From an uncultured Actinomycetota bacterium (GTDB lineage Bacteria > Actinomycetota > Actinomycetes > Propionibacteriales > Nocardioidaceae): DNA of 64,000 nucleotides. The translations under genes and the position numbers were made by a program. Numbering within the stretch: position 1 is the first letter of the stretch; the number at the start of each line of letters is the position of its first letter. This document shows, piece after piece, positions 56,667-64,000 of this stretch. The notes beneath the pieces are model-generated. The model worked only from the letters and a program-made list of their open reading frames with translations. It searched no databases and was not told the DNA's origin. The stretch is taken from assembly GCA_963795075.1 (NCBI GenBank), contig CAWCFY010000002.1, positions 164,180 through 228,179 of the forward strand, given 5' to 3'.

Positions 56667-58016
56667 TCACGATGTCGGCGAGGCGAGCTGCACGCGCACG
56701 CTGGTCTGCCCGTCGGCGTGCTGGGCCCGGACCGTGCCGCCGTGGGCACGCACGATCTCCCGCACGATGGCCAGCCCGAGACCGTCGGGCGCCGTGCCCG
56801 CCCCAGGGTCGCTTGCGAACCCTGGGCCACGGTCGGTGACCGTGAGTTCCGCGCCGTCGTCGGTGGGGTGGATCTCCACCTCGACGTCGCCGTCGCCGTG
56901 ACGCAGTGCGTTGTCGATGAGATTCGACAGCACCCGGTCGAGGCGGGTGGCGTCGCCCTGGACCTGCACCGGTCGCGGCGCTGTGACCCCGATGGCTCGT
57001 GCTCCGGCGGCCATCGTGAACCTGTTCACGGCCTGCCGTGCCAGGGCGACGAGGTCGACGGGACGGGACTCGATCGCCAACCCGGCTTCGTCGGAGCCGG
57101 CCCGTTCGAAGAGGTTCTCGGTCAGAACGATCAGCCGGCGCACCTCGTCGTCGATCGAGTGCAGGGCTCGAGTCAGCTCCTCCGGCGGCCGAGGTCGGGC
57201 CAGTGCCAGCTCGACCTCGGTCAGCATCAGCGCAAGCGGTGTTCGGAGGTCGTGGCTGGCTTCGGCGACGAACTGACGTTCACGCTGCAGGCCGTCGTCG
57301 AGACGCTCGATCATGGCGTTGAGGGTGAGCGCGAGCCGCCGCAGCTCGTCGTCCGCAGCGGGCAGGGGGAGCCGCTCGCCTGCGGTGCGCGCGGAGATGG
57401 TGGCGGCGCGGGCGCGCATCCGCTCGATGGGTCGCAGCCCCGCCCCCGCGACCAGGTAGCCGAGCCCGCCCGCGACAGCCAAGGCGAGGGGGCCAGCGAT
57501 CAGCAGCTGGGTGCGCAGGGCCGCGAGCGCGTCGTCCGCGTCCTCCCGCGACGTCCCTACCGCGAGGAAGCCCTCGCCGACGGGCCTGACCAGCAGGACG
57601 AACCGCTCGCGCTCCGGCTCCCGCCGATCCGAGGTGGCGGCGTCGTCGTCGAAGACGGTCACGGTGCCCTCGCTCCACCCGGACCAAGTGCTCCTGGACG
57701 CTGAGTCATCGGGGCTGCGGACGAGGGGGTCCGCGACGAGCCTCGAGGATGCCCGGACATCGCCCCGCGCGGTGAGCACCTGGGCGTGTACCTCCCCGCC
57801 GAGAGCCGCGACCGCAGCTGAGCGGTCCGGGTCTGACATGGCCCCGAGTCGGTCAGCCTCGGCGCTGACCGTGTCCCGCAGCCGGTCGTCGAGCGCGTCG
57901 CTCACCCGCACCTGGACGAAGACACCCAGGAGAGTCAGCGCAACGCCGGTCGCGGCGAGGAAGGCGAGCGCCACGCGGATGCGCAGCGGCCACCGGGCCG
58001 GATGCCAGCGCCTCAT
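56667..58016 (-). CDS. Sensor histidine kinase (HAMP-HisKA-HATPase), CusS/CopS-like context
   Basis: Contains the FVAEASHDLRTPLA H-box and an N-terminal TM. ATGA overlap with the response regulator. Confidence 0.85.
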   Translation of the reverse strand: MRRWHPARWPLRIRVALAFLAATGVALTLLGVFVQVRVSDALDDRLRDTVSAEADRLGAMSDPDRSAAVAALGGEVHAQVLTARGDVRASSRLVADPLVRSPDDSASRSTWSGWSEGTVTVFDDDAATSDRREPERERFVLLVRPVGEGFLAVGTSREDADDALAALRTQLLIAGPLALAVAGGLGYLVAGAGLRPIERMRARAATISARTAGERLPLPAADDELRRLALTLNAMIERLDDGLQRERQFVAEASHDLRTPLALMLTEVELALARPRPPEELTRALHSIDDEVRRLIVLTENLFERAGSDEAGLAIESRPVDLVALARQAVNRFTMAAGARAIGVTAPRPVQVQGDATRLDRVLSNLIDNALRHGDGDVEVEIHPTDDGAELTVTDRGPGFASDPGAGTAPDGLGLAIVREIVRAHGGTVRAQHADGQTSVRVQLASPTS

Positions 58017-58687
58017 GAGGGTTCCGTAGTGAGCCGGTAACCCACCCCGCGGACCGTCCGCAGCGTGTCCCTGCCGAAGGGCCGGTCGATCTTCGCTCGC
58101 AGGTAGCGCACGTAGACGTCGACGACGTTGGAGGCGACGTCGTTGTCACCCCATGCCAGACCGAGCAGTTGCTGGCGTGTCAGGACCTGGTCGGGTCGGC
58201 GCATGAGGCTCTCGAGCAGGGCGAACTCCCTGGTCGAGAGGGACACCTCGGCCTCCCCGCGCCAGACCCGTCGCGCCGCGACGTCCAGGTGCAGGTCGCC
58301 GACTTCGAGCTCGGCCGGCCGCGTCACCGGCCCACGTCGGGCGAGGGCGCGCATGCGGGCCAGCAGCTCCTGGAACGCGAACGGCTTGGCCAGGTAGTCA
58401 TCGGCACCACTGTCCAGCCCCGTGATGCGGTCGCCGATCGAGGTGCGCGCGGTCAGCATCAGGACCGGGGTCCATACCCGCTCGGCACGCAGCCTTCTGC
58501 ATACGGAGAACCCGTCGAGGTCCGGCAGCATCACGTCGAGCAGGATCACGTCGTACTCACCGCCGCGTGCCGAGCTGAGCGCCTGGGTCCCGGTGCCCAC
58601 GGAGTCGACCACGTCGCCGCGCTCGGTGAGCCCGCGGGCCACCAGCGCGGCGAGCTTGTCCTCGTCCTCGACCAGCAGTACCCGCAC
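58013..58687 (-). CDS. OmpR-family response regulator
   Basis: Translation: MRVLLVEDEDKLA...DVILLDVMLPDLDG...VRGVGYRL. Confidence 0.9.
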   Translation of the reverse strand: MRVLLVEDEDKLAALVARGLTERGDVVDSVGTGTQALSSARGGEYDVILLDVMLPDLDGFSVCRRLRAERVWTPVLMLTARTSIGDRITGLDSGADDYLAKPFAFQELLARMRALARRGPVTRPAELEVGDLHLDVAARRVWRGEAEVSLSTREFALLESLMRRPDQVLTRQQLLGLAWGDNDVASNVVDVYVRYLRAKIDRPFGRDTLRTVRGVGYRLTTEPS

Positions 58688-58766
58688 ACGCCCATGCTAG
58701 GGACGCAGATGAGTGCGGCATGAGAGCCTCATCGGCTCCTCATCTGCCCGACTTAGCGTCGATGCC

Positions 58767-59123
58767 ATGAACCCGAACCCGAACCCGAACCCGAACAACC
58801 GCAGGCGCATCGCCATCGTCATCGGCGGCGCGGCCGTAGTCACCGCCGCGACGATGGGCACGGCCGGCGCCCTCTCCGGTGACGACGATGCCCAGGACCA
58901 GCCCATCCCCGCTTCCGCACTGGTGCAGGCCGAACAGGCCGCGCTCGCGGAGACCGGCGGCGGCAAGGTCACCGAGACCGAGGTCGACGACGAGGAGAGC
59001 AAGTACGAGGTCGAGGTGACCCTCGAGGACGGCACCCAGGTCGACGTCCAGCTCGACGACGGCTTCCGGGTCGTCGGCACCGAGACCGACGGAGCGGACG
59101 ACACGTCCGGCTCCGCCGATTGA
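58767..59123 (+). CDS. PepSY-domain protein with NPNPNPNPN N-terminus
   Basis: Begins MNPNPNPNPNNRRRIAIVIGGAAVVTAA (TM), followed by GKVTETEVDDEESKYEVEVTLEDGTQVDVQLDDGFRVV. Confidence 0.7.
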   Translation: MNPNPNPNPNNRRRIAIVIGGAAVVTAATMGTAGALSGDDDAQDQPIPASALVQAEQAALAETGGGKVTETEVDDEESKYEVEVTLEDGTQVDVQLDDGFRVVGTETDGADDTSGSAD

Positions 59124-59137
59124 CCCGAGGTCATCCG

Positions 59138-59962
59138 ATGTTCCGCCGTGCTGCCGCCGCCCTCTGCTGCCTGTTGGCACTCGCAGGCTGCGGCGCCACT
59201 GACCCCGCGAAGTCGTCGACTGACGAGCCCAGCGTCGCCACGAGGACCGAGGGGGCCGCGTCGGTCCTCCCCCAGTCCGACGAGTCGGTCGACCTCGACC
59301 CGGCCGCGTTCAGCCCTGACGTCACGAACCCGTGGTTCCCGCTCGAGCCAGGAACCCGCTGGACCTATCGCGAGACCACCGAGGACGGCGAGGTTGTCGA
59401 GGTGGTCGTGACCGCCACGACGGTCACCCGCCAGCTCGCCAACGGCGTCACCGCCCGGGTCGTCCGCGACACCGTCACCCTCGACGGCAAGATCATCGAG
59501 GACACGCTCGACTGGTACGCCCAGCACGCGGACGGCACCGTCTGGTACCTCGGTGAGGACACCGCCGAGTTCGAGAACGGCAAGATCACCACGCGCAAGG
59601 GATCGTTCGAGGTCGGGGTCGACGGCGCCCAGGCCGGAGTCATCATGGCCGCCTCACCCGAGGTGGGCATGACCTACCGGCAGGAGTACTACGAGGGCGA
59701 GGCCGAGGACAACGGCGAGGTCCTCGCGCTGGACCGCAAGGCCCGCGTCCGCGCCGGCGAGTACGACGACCTGGTGATGACCGCCGACACCTCGACGATC
59801 GAACCCAACGTGCTGGAGCACAAGTACTACGCCAGCGGTGTCGGGCTGGTGCTCACCGTCGACAAGGCAGCCGGCGGCCGCGAGGAGCTCCTGTCGATCA
59901 CGCAGCTCCCGCCGGATCAGGCGCGCCGCGCCGGAGTGGCTCCGCTGGGACAGGACTACTGA
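59138..59962 (+). CDS. Lipoprotein, unknown function
   Basis: Begins MFRRAAAALCCLLALAGC (lipobox). Family not recognised. Confidence 0.55.
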   Translation: MFRRAAAALCCLLALAGCGATDPAKSSTDEPSVATRTEGAASVLPQSDESVDLDPAAFSPDVTNPWFPLEPGTRWTYRETTEDGEVVEVVVTATTVTRQLANGVTARVVRDTVTLDGKIIEDTLDWYAQHADGTVWYLGEDTAEFENGKITTRKGSFEVGVDGAQAGVIMAASPEVGMTYRQEYYEGEAEDNGEVLALDRKARVRAGEYDDLVMTADTSTIEPNVLEHKYYASGVGLVLTVDKAAGGREELLSITQLPPDQARRAGVAPLGQDY

Positions 59963-60097
59963 CCGAGGTCACGCACCTCGCCGGATGGAGATCTGCGACG
60001 AGCGTCCGCGGCCAGCAGAGCAAGCGGAACCGGCTCGGGCCCCGGCACAGCTGCCAGGGCCCCGAGCCGCATCCGGTTGCGCCACAGCAGAGACGGT

Positions 60098-60676
60098 CTA
60101 CGGCGCGAGGAGGTCCTGCATCGTGTCGATCTCGGACATCTGCGTCTCCTCGATGGTCTCGGCCAGGTCGATGGCGTCGGGGTACTCGCCGTCTGCCTGC
60201 TGCTCCTGCGCCATCTCGATCGCGCCCTCGTGGTGCTCGATCATCGCCGTCAGGAACATCTCGTCGAAGGCCGACCCGGACGCAGACTCCAGCTCGTCCA
60301 TCTCGTCGGACGACATCATGCCGGACATGCCGTCCATGCCGTCATGCCCCATGCCGCCCATGTCGGTGTCGGGAACCTCCTCGCCCCACACCTCGAGCCA
60401 CGAGCTCATCTGCTCGATCTCCGGCTCCTGCGCGGCGCTGATGTCGGCGGCGAGGTCCCTCACCTCCTGGCTCTCTGCGTTGGCGACGGCCATCTCCGAC
60501 ATCTGCACGGCCTGGGCGTGGTGGGGGATCATCTGGGTCGCGAAGGACACGTCCTGGTCGTTGTGATCTGCGGCGGCTGCGCTGTCGCTGTCGTCGTCGC
60601 CACCACCGCAAGCGCTCAGCGCCAGCCCCAACGCCACTACCGTGGCGAGGAGCTTCATGGTCCTGGTCTTGTGCAT
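60098..60676 (-). CDS. DUF305-family lipoprotein (copper-island associated)
   Basis: ATG follows AAGGAG. Contains lipobox LALSAC, FATQMIPHHAQAV and FLTAMIEHHEGAIEMA, plus a Met/His/Asp-rich loop MGGMGHDGMDGMSGMM. Confidence 0.8.
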   Translation of the reverse strand: MHKTRTMKLLATVVALGLALSACGGGDDDSDSAAAADHNDQDVSFATQMIPHHAQAVQMSEMAVANAESQEVRDLAADISAAQEPEIEQMSSWLEVWGEEVPDTDMGGMGHDGMDGMSGMMSSDEMDELESASGSAFDEMFLTAMIEHHEGAIEMAQEQQADGEYPDAIDLAETIEETQMSEIDTMQDLLAP

Positions 60677-60748
60677 GTCTCTCTCCTTCAGGTCTGTGTT
60701 CGGGCAGGTTGGAGCCCCCGGACACGCGGGGCGTCCGGGGGATGCTCC

Positions 60749-61279
60749 TCAGCACCGCCAGATGGAGAGTTCCGCCCTCAGCGGGGGGCTCAGGCTGCGC
60801 GCGGTCACCCGCAGCGAGGTCGGACGCGGGTCGAGGGCGTGCCGCGACCAGGTCCACGCATGGTGGAACCCGGAAGACCGCCGGAGCCACAACACGCCGA
60901 ACGCCAGCACGGTGAGGCACAGCCCGAGCAAGCCAGCGCCACCGGACGGCCCTGGTGTCCCTTCAGCCTCTGAGGCCGAGGGAGCGTGTAGACGGTCGTC
61001 GGACGTGGCGGCGGCGCCTTGAAGGTGTTCCGAGGCAGGCATGGGGGCACCGTGCGAGTTCGCTTGGTGCATCGCCGTGGAGGCCTCGCTGGAGTGCACG
61101 CCGTGCGCGCCGAGTCCGTGCATCGCGAACAGGCCCGCCAGCACCGCGAATGCCAGCCACCACACCTTGCCGAGCGCGAGGCGAGGCCGCACCTCCGTGC
61201 GGCAGCGCCGCGCCAGCGGGAAAGGCCCGTCCGATCGACCCAGCCCACCCGCACGCCATCGTGACGTTTTCCCGGTCAT
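60749..61279 (-). CDS. Membrane protein with FAMHGLGAHG motif (DUF6153-like?)
   Basis: Contains WWLAFAVLAGLFAMHGLGAHGVH and a second TM LLGLCLTVLAFGVLWL. The start is uncertain and the family call is tentative. Confidence 0.4.
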   Translation of the reverse strand: MTGKTSRWRAGGLGRSDGPFPLARRCRTEVRPRLALGKVWWLAFAVLAGLFAMHGLGAHGVHSSEASTAMHQANSHGAPMPASEHLQGAAATSDDRLHAPSASEAEGTPGPSGGAGLLGLCLTVLAFGVLWLRRSSGFHHAWTWSRHALDPRPTSLRVTARSLSPPLRAELSIWRC

Positions 61280-61477
61280 CACCGGCCATGCTAGAGGTGG
61301 CCTCCACAGCTGCCACCCGGGTCTGGCCCTCGCTCCGAAGTCGCGCAATCGGAGAACCAGTACGGCGTCCTCGCCGCGAAGCGAAGGCCCACCTCGAGCG
61401 CCTGTACAGAGCCTTCGCTCTGACCCCAGTACGGACCGTGTGTCCCGGGTTCGGCGTGCTTCGGCGGCTCTTGCTTC

Positions 61478-61496
61478 GTACCCCCTACGGGTATAC
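61478..61496. promoter_or_regulatory. CsoR-type box 1 (TACCC-N5-GGGTA)
   Basis: GTACCCCCTACGGGTATAC, in the divergent region upstream of the ATPase. Confidence 0.4.
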
Positions 61497-61503
61497 CGTG
61501 CTT

Positions 61504-61520
61504 ATACCCCCAGGGGGTAT
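61504..61520. promoter_or_regulatory. CsoR-type box 2, perfect palindrome ATACCCCC-A-GGGGGTAT
   Basis: 8-1-8 inverted repeat, 20 nt upstream of the ATPase ATG. It resembles the GC-rich TACCC...GGGTA operators described for CsoR regulators. Confidence 0.6.
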
Positions 61521-61539
61521 CTGAGAGGAGGGACCAGCA

Positions 61540-63708
61540 ATGCCACATGAGAATGACTTCCCCGCAGCTGACATGACCGCCGATCACGGCGCGGCTCACT
61601 GCCACACGGACCCCGGTGCCGAGCACCCTGCCGGACACGGGGCCACCCACGAGGGCGGCCACCAGGGACACGGTGGTCACGGTGACCACGTGGCCATGTT
61701 CCGGCGTCTCTTCTGGGGATCGCTGGTCCTGGCGATCCCGGCGGTGCTGCTCTCGGGGATGTTCGCCGACCTGGTGGGTTACCCCCTTCCCGACGTTCCC
61801 GGGCTCGAGTGGGTCTCCCCGGTGCTGGGCACCGTGCTGTACGGCTGGTTCGGTCGGCCGTTCCTCACCGGAGCGGTCTCGGAGATCCGCGCGCGTCGAC
61901 CCGGGATGATGCTGTTGGTGGCGCTGGCGATCACGGTCGCCTTCACCGCCTCCTGGGGCGCCACCCTCGGACTGCTGGCCCACCACCTCGACTTCTGGTG
62001 GGAGCTGGCGCTGCTGGTGACGATCATGCTCCTTGGCCACTGGGTAGAGATGCGGTCGCTGGCCCGCACCACCTCGGCCCTGGACTCCCTGGCCGCGCTG
62101 CTGCCCGACGAGGCGGAGCGGCTGGAGGGGGACCAGGTCGTCGTCGTCGACCCCGCCGCGCTGGTCGTGGGTGACGTCGTCATCGTCCGTCCCGGAGGAA
62201 GCGTTCCCGCCGACGGACGTGTGGTGGACGGCACGGCGTCGATGGACGAGGCGATGATCACCGGCGAGTCCAAGCCGGTACGTCGCAGCGTCGGCGACGA
62301 CGTCGTCGCCGGCACGGTCGCCACCGACTCGGGCCTGCGCGTCGAGGTCACCGCGACCGGTGACGAGACCGCGCTGGCCGGCATCCAGAAGCTGGTCGCC
62401 GATGCCCAGGCCTCCGGTTCGCGGGCGCAGCGCCTCGCCGATATCGCCGCCGGCTGGTTGTTCTGGTTCGCGCTCGGGTCTGCCCTGATCACCGCCGCCG
62501 TGTGGACCCTGATCGGGGTCCCCGGCGAAGGAGTCATCCGGACGATCACCGTCCTGGTCATCGCCTGCCCACATGCCCTGGGCCTGGCGATCCCGCTGGT
62601 CATCTCGATCTCCACCGAGCGGGCAGCCCGCGGGGGAGTGCTGGTCAAGGACCGGCTGCAGATGGAAGCCATGCGCAGCGTCGACAGCGTGCTCTTCGAC
62701 AAGACGGGCACCCTGACCAAGGGTCAGCCCACCGTCACGGCCGTCGAGACCAGCGACTCGTGGGACCTCGGCTCGGAGGCGCTGCTGAGCCTGGCCGCGG
62801 CGGCCGAGTCCGACTCTGAGCACCCGCTCGCGCGTGCCATCGTCCGCGCCGCGCGACAGCGAGACCTCAGCGTGGCCACCGCCAGCGACTTCAGCTCCTC
62901 GCCGGCGGTCGGCGTCTCCGCCACGGTCGACGGCAAGCGAGTCCAGGTCGGCGGCCCGGCCCTGCTCGAGGAGGTGGACGGTCGGGAGCTCGCCATCGCC
63001 GACGCCTGGCGCGACGAGGGTGCCATCATCCTGCACGTCGTCGTCGAAGGCGCCGTCGCCGGAGCTCTTCGTCTGGCCGACGCGATCCGAGCCGAGTCCC
63101 GCGCCGCCGTGGCCGCCCTGCACGCGCGCGGGGTGGAGGTGGTGATGATCACCGGCGACGCCGAGGCCGTGGCGGCTTCGGTCGCAGGCGAGCTCGGGAT
63201 CGACCGGTACTACGCCGGCGTCCGCCCCGAGGACAAGTCGTCCAAGGTCGCCGCCCTGCAGGCCGAGGGACGCCGGGTGGCGATGGTCGGCGACGGCGTC
63301 AACGACGCACCTGCGCTGGCGCAGGCCGACGTCGGCATCGCGATCGGAGCGGGCACCGACGTGGCGATCGGGTCGGCCGGCATCATCCTGGCCTCCGACG
63401 ACCCGCGCTCGGTGATCTCGGTCATCGACCTGTCGAAGGCGACGTACCGCAAGAGCCTGCAGAACCTTGCCTGGGGTGCGGGGTACAACCTCGCCGCGGT
63501 GCCGCTGGCCGCCGGCGTGCTGGCGCCCATCGGGTTCCTGCTGCCGATGTCGGTCGGGGCGGTGCTGATGTCCGCGTCCACCGTCGTCGTGGCCCTCAAC
63601 GCCCAGCTGCTTCGCCGCCTCGACCTCAGCCCGGAGGCCGCGGCGCCGATCGTCGAGTCAGACGCGTCGGACGCCCAGACCCTCGATCGAATCGAGGTGC
63701 GGGCATGA
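61540..63708 (+). CDS. P1B-type heavy-metal ATPase, CopB-like (CPH motif, His-rich N-terminus)
   Basis: 722 aa. Contains the His-rich N-terminus HGAAHCHTDPGAEHPAGHGATHEGGHQGHGGHGDH, ACPHALGLA (CPH), DKTGTLT and GDGVNDAP. There is no CxxC HMA domain. Confidence 0.9.
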   Translation: MPHENDFPAADMTADHGAAHCHTDPGAEHPAGHGATHEGGHQGHGGHGDHVAMFRRLFWGSLVLAIPAVLLSGMFADLVGYPLPDVPGLEWVSPVLGTVLYGWFGRPFLTGAVSEIRARRPGMMLLVALAITVAFTASWGATLGLLAHHLDFWWELALLVTIMLLGHWVEMRSLARTTSALDSLAALLPDEAERLEGDQVVVVDPAALVVGDVVIVRPGGSVPADGRVVDGTASMDEAMITGESKPVRRSVGDDVVAGTVATDSGLRVEVTATGDETALAGIQKLVADAQASGSRAQRLADIAAGWLFWFALGSALITAAVWTLIGVPGEGVIRTITVLVIACPHALGLAIPLVISISTERAARGGVLVKDRLQMEAMRSVDSVLFDKTGTLTKGQPTVTAVETSDSWDLGSEALLSLAAAAESDSEHPLARAIVRAARQRDLSVATASDFSSSPAVGVSATVDGKRVQVGGPALLEEVDGRELAIADAWRDEGAIILHVVVEGAVAGALRLADAIRAESRAAVAALHARGVEVVMITGDAEAVAASVAGELGIDRYYAGVRPEDKSSKVAALQAEGRRVAMVGDGVNDAPALAQADVGIAIGAGTDVAIGSAGIILASDDPRSVISVIDLSKATYRKSLQNLAWGAGYNLAAVPLAAGVLAPIGFLLPMSVGAVLMSASTVVVALNAQLLRRLDLSPEAAAPIVESDASDAQTLDRIEVRA

Positions 63709-64000
63709 GCGCCACCACGCAACCCACCATCGAACCCGTCGCGGAGGTCACCGCCGGCTCGACGGCCCCCGGCTACCTGACCCAGCGAGCCGACTACCAG
63801 CGGCGACTGCGCCGCATCGAGGGCCAGGTACGCGGCATCACCCGGATGGTGGACGAGGAGGCCTACTGCATCGACATCCTCACCCAGGTCTCCGCCGCCA
63901 CCAAGGCTCTCGAGGCGGTCGCGCTGGGCCTGCTGGAGGAGCACCTGACGCACTGCGTCGCCGACGCCAGCCGAGCGGGCGGCGCCGCAGCCGACGCCAG
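63705..64000 (+). CDS. csoR: CsoR/RcnR-family metal-sensing repressor, 3' end beyond window
   Basis: ATGA overlap with the ATPase. Translation: YQRRLRRIEGQVRGITRMVDEEAYCIDILTQVSAATKALEAVALGLLEEHLTHC. Confidence 0.85.
   Translation, partial: MSATTQPTIEPVAEVTAGSTAPGYLTQRADYQRRLRRIEGQVRGITRMVDEEAYCIDILTQVSAATKALEAVALGLLEEHLTHCVADASRAGGAAADA

Overview
This is a high-GC actinobacterial chromosome segment. Gene content and repeat style suggest Nocardioidaceae or Propionibacteriales, but that is only a guess.

**Layout**
- **0-11.4 kb:** an FdrA/DUF1116/DUF2877 trio lies divergent from a PucR-type regulator. The operon that follows encodes a UraA-type nucleobase permease, a three-subunit form-II-CoxL-type molybdenum hydroxylase, CoxG and an amidase-signature amidase.
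- **13.7-30.7 kb:** two near-identical, convergently oriented DUF222/HNH (REP13E12-type) copies bracket about 14 kb. That segment holds a lower-GC patch (GNAT, Lys-rich Rho_N protein, HhH protein, rifampin ADP-ribosyltransferase Arr). It also holds an RpiR-linked cluster: PLP racemase, DUF1611, SpeE-like, HAD, Na+/solute symporter, two amidohydrolases and ornithine cyclodeaminase.
- **62-nt repeat family:** every copy I found sits inside or next to an HNH copy.
- **31-51 kb:** mixed enzymes and regulators, including HyuA/HyuB, then a carbamate kinase abutting a barbiturase/cyanuric-acid-hydrolase-family gene.
- **52.0-56.3 kb:** an initiator tRNA-Met whose 3' half plus terminator is duplicated 4.1 kb away. 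The two copies delimit an integrase-less islet carrying an ECF sigma/anti-sigma pair and an MNT-HEPN toxin-antitoxin pair.
- **56.7-64 kb:** a copper island with a two-component system, PepSY, DUF305, a CPH-type P1B ATPase and CsoR with palindromic operators.

**Main caveat:** at least 15 frame disruptions interrupt otherwise well-conserved genes, most consistent with one extra G/C. This looks more like consensus error than biology, but I cannot decide that from the sequence alone.

I found no CRISPR array, rRNA or integrase. All family calls come from reading the translations and from memory, not from searches.
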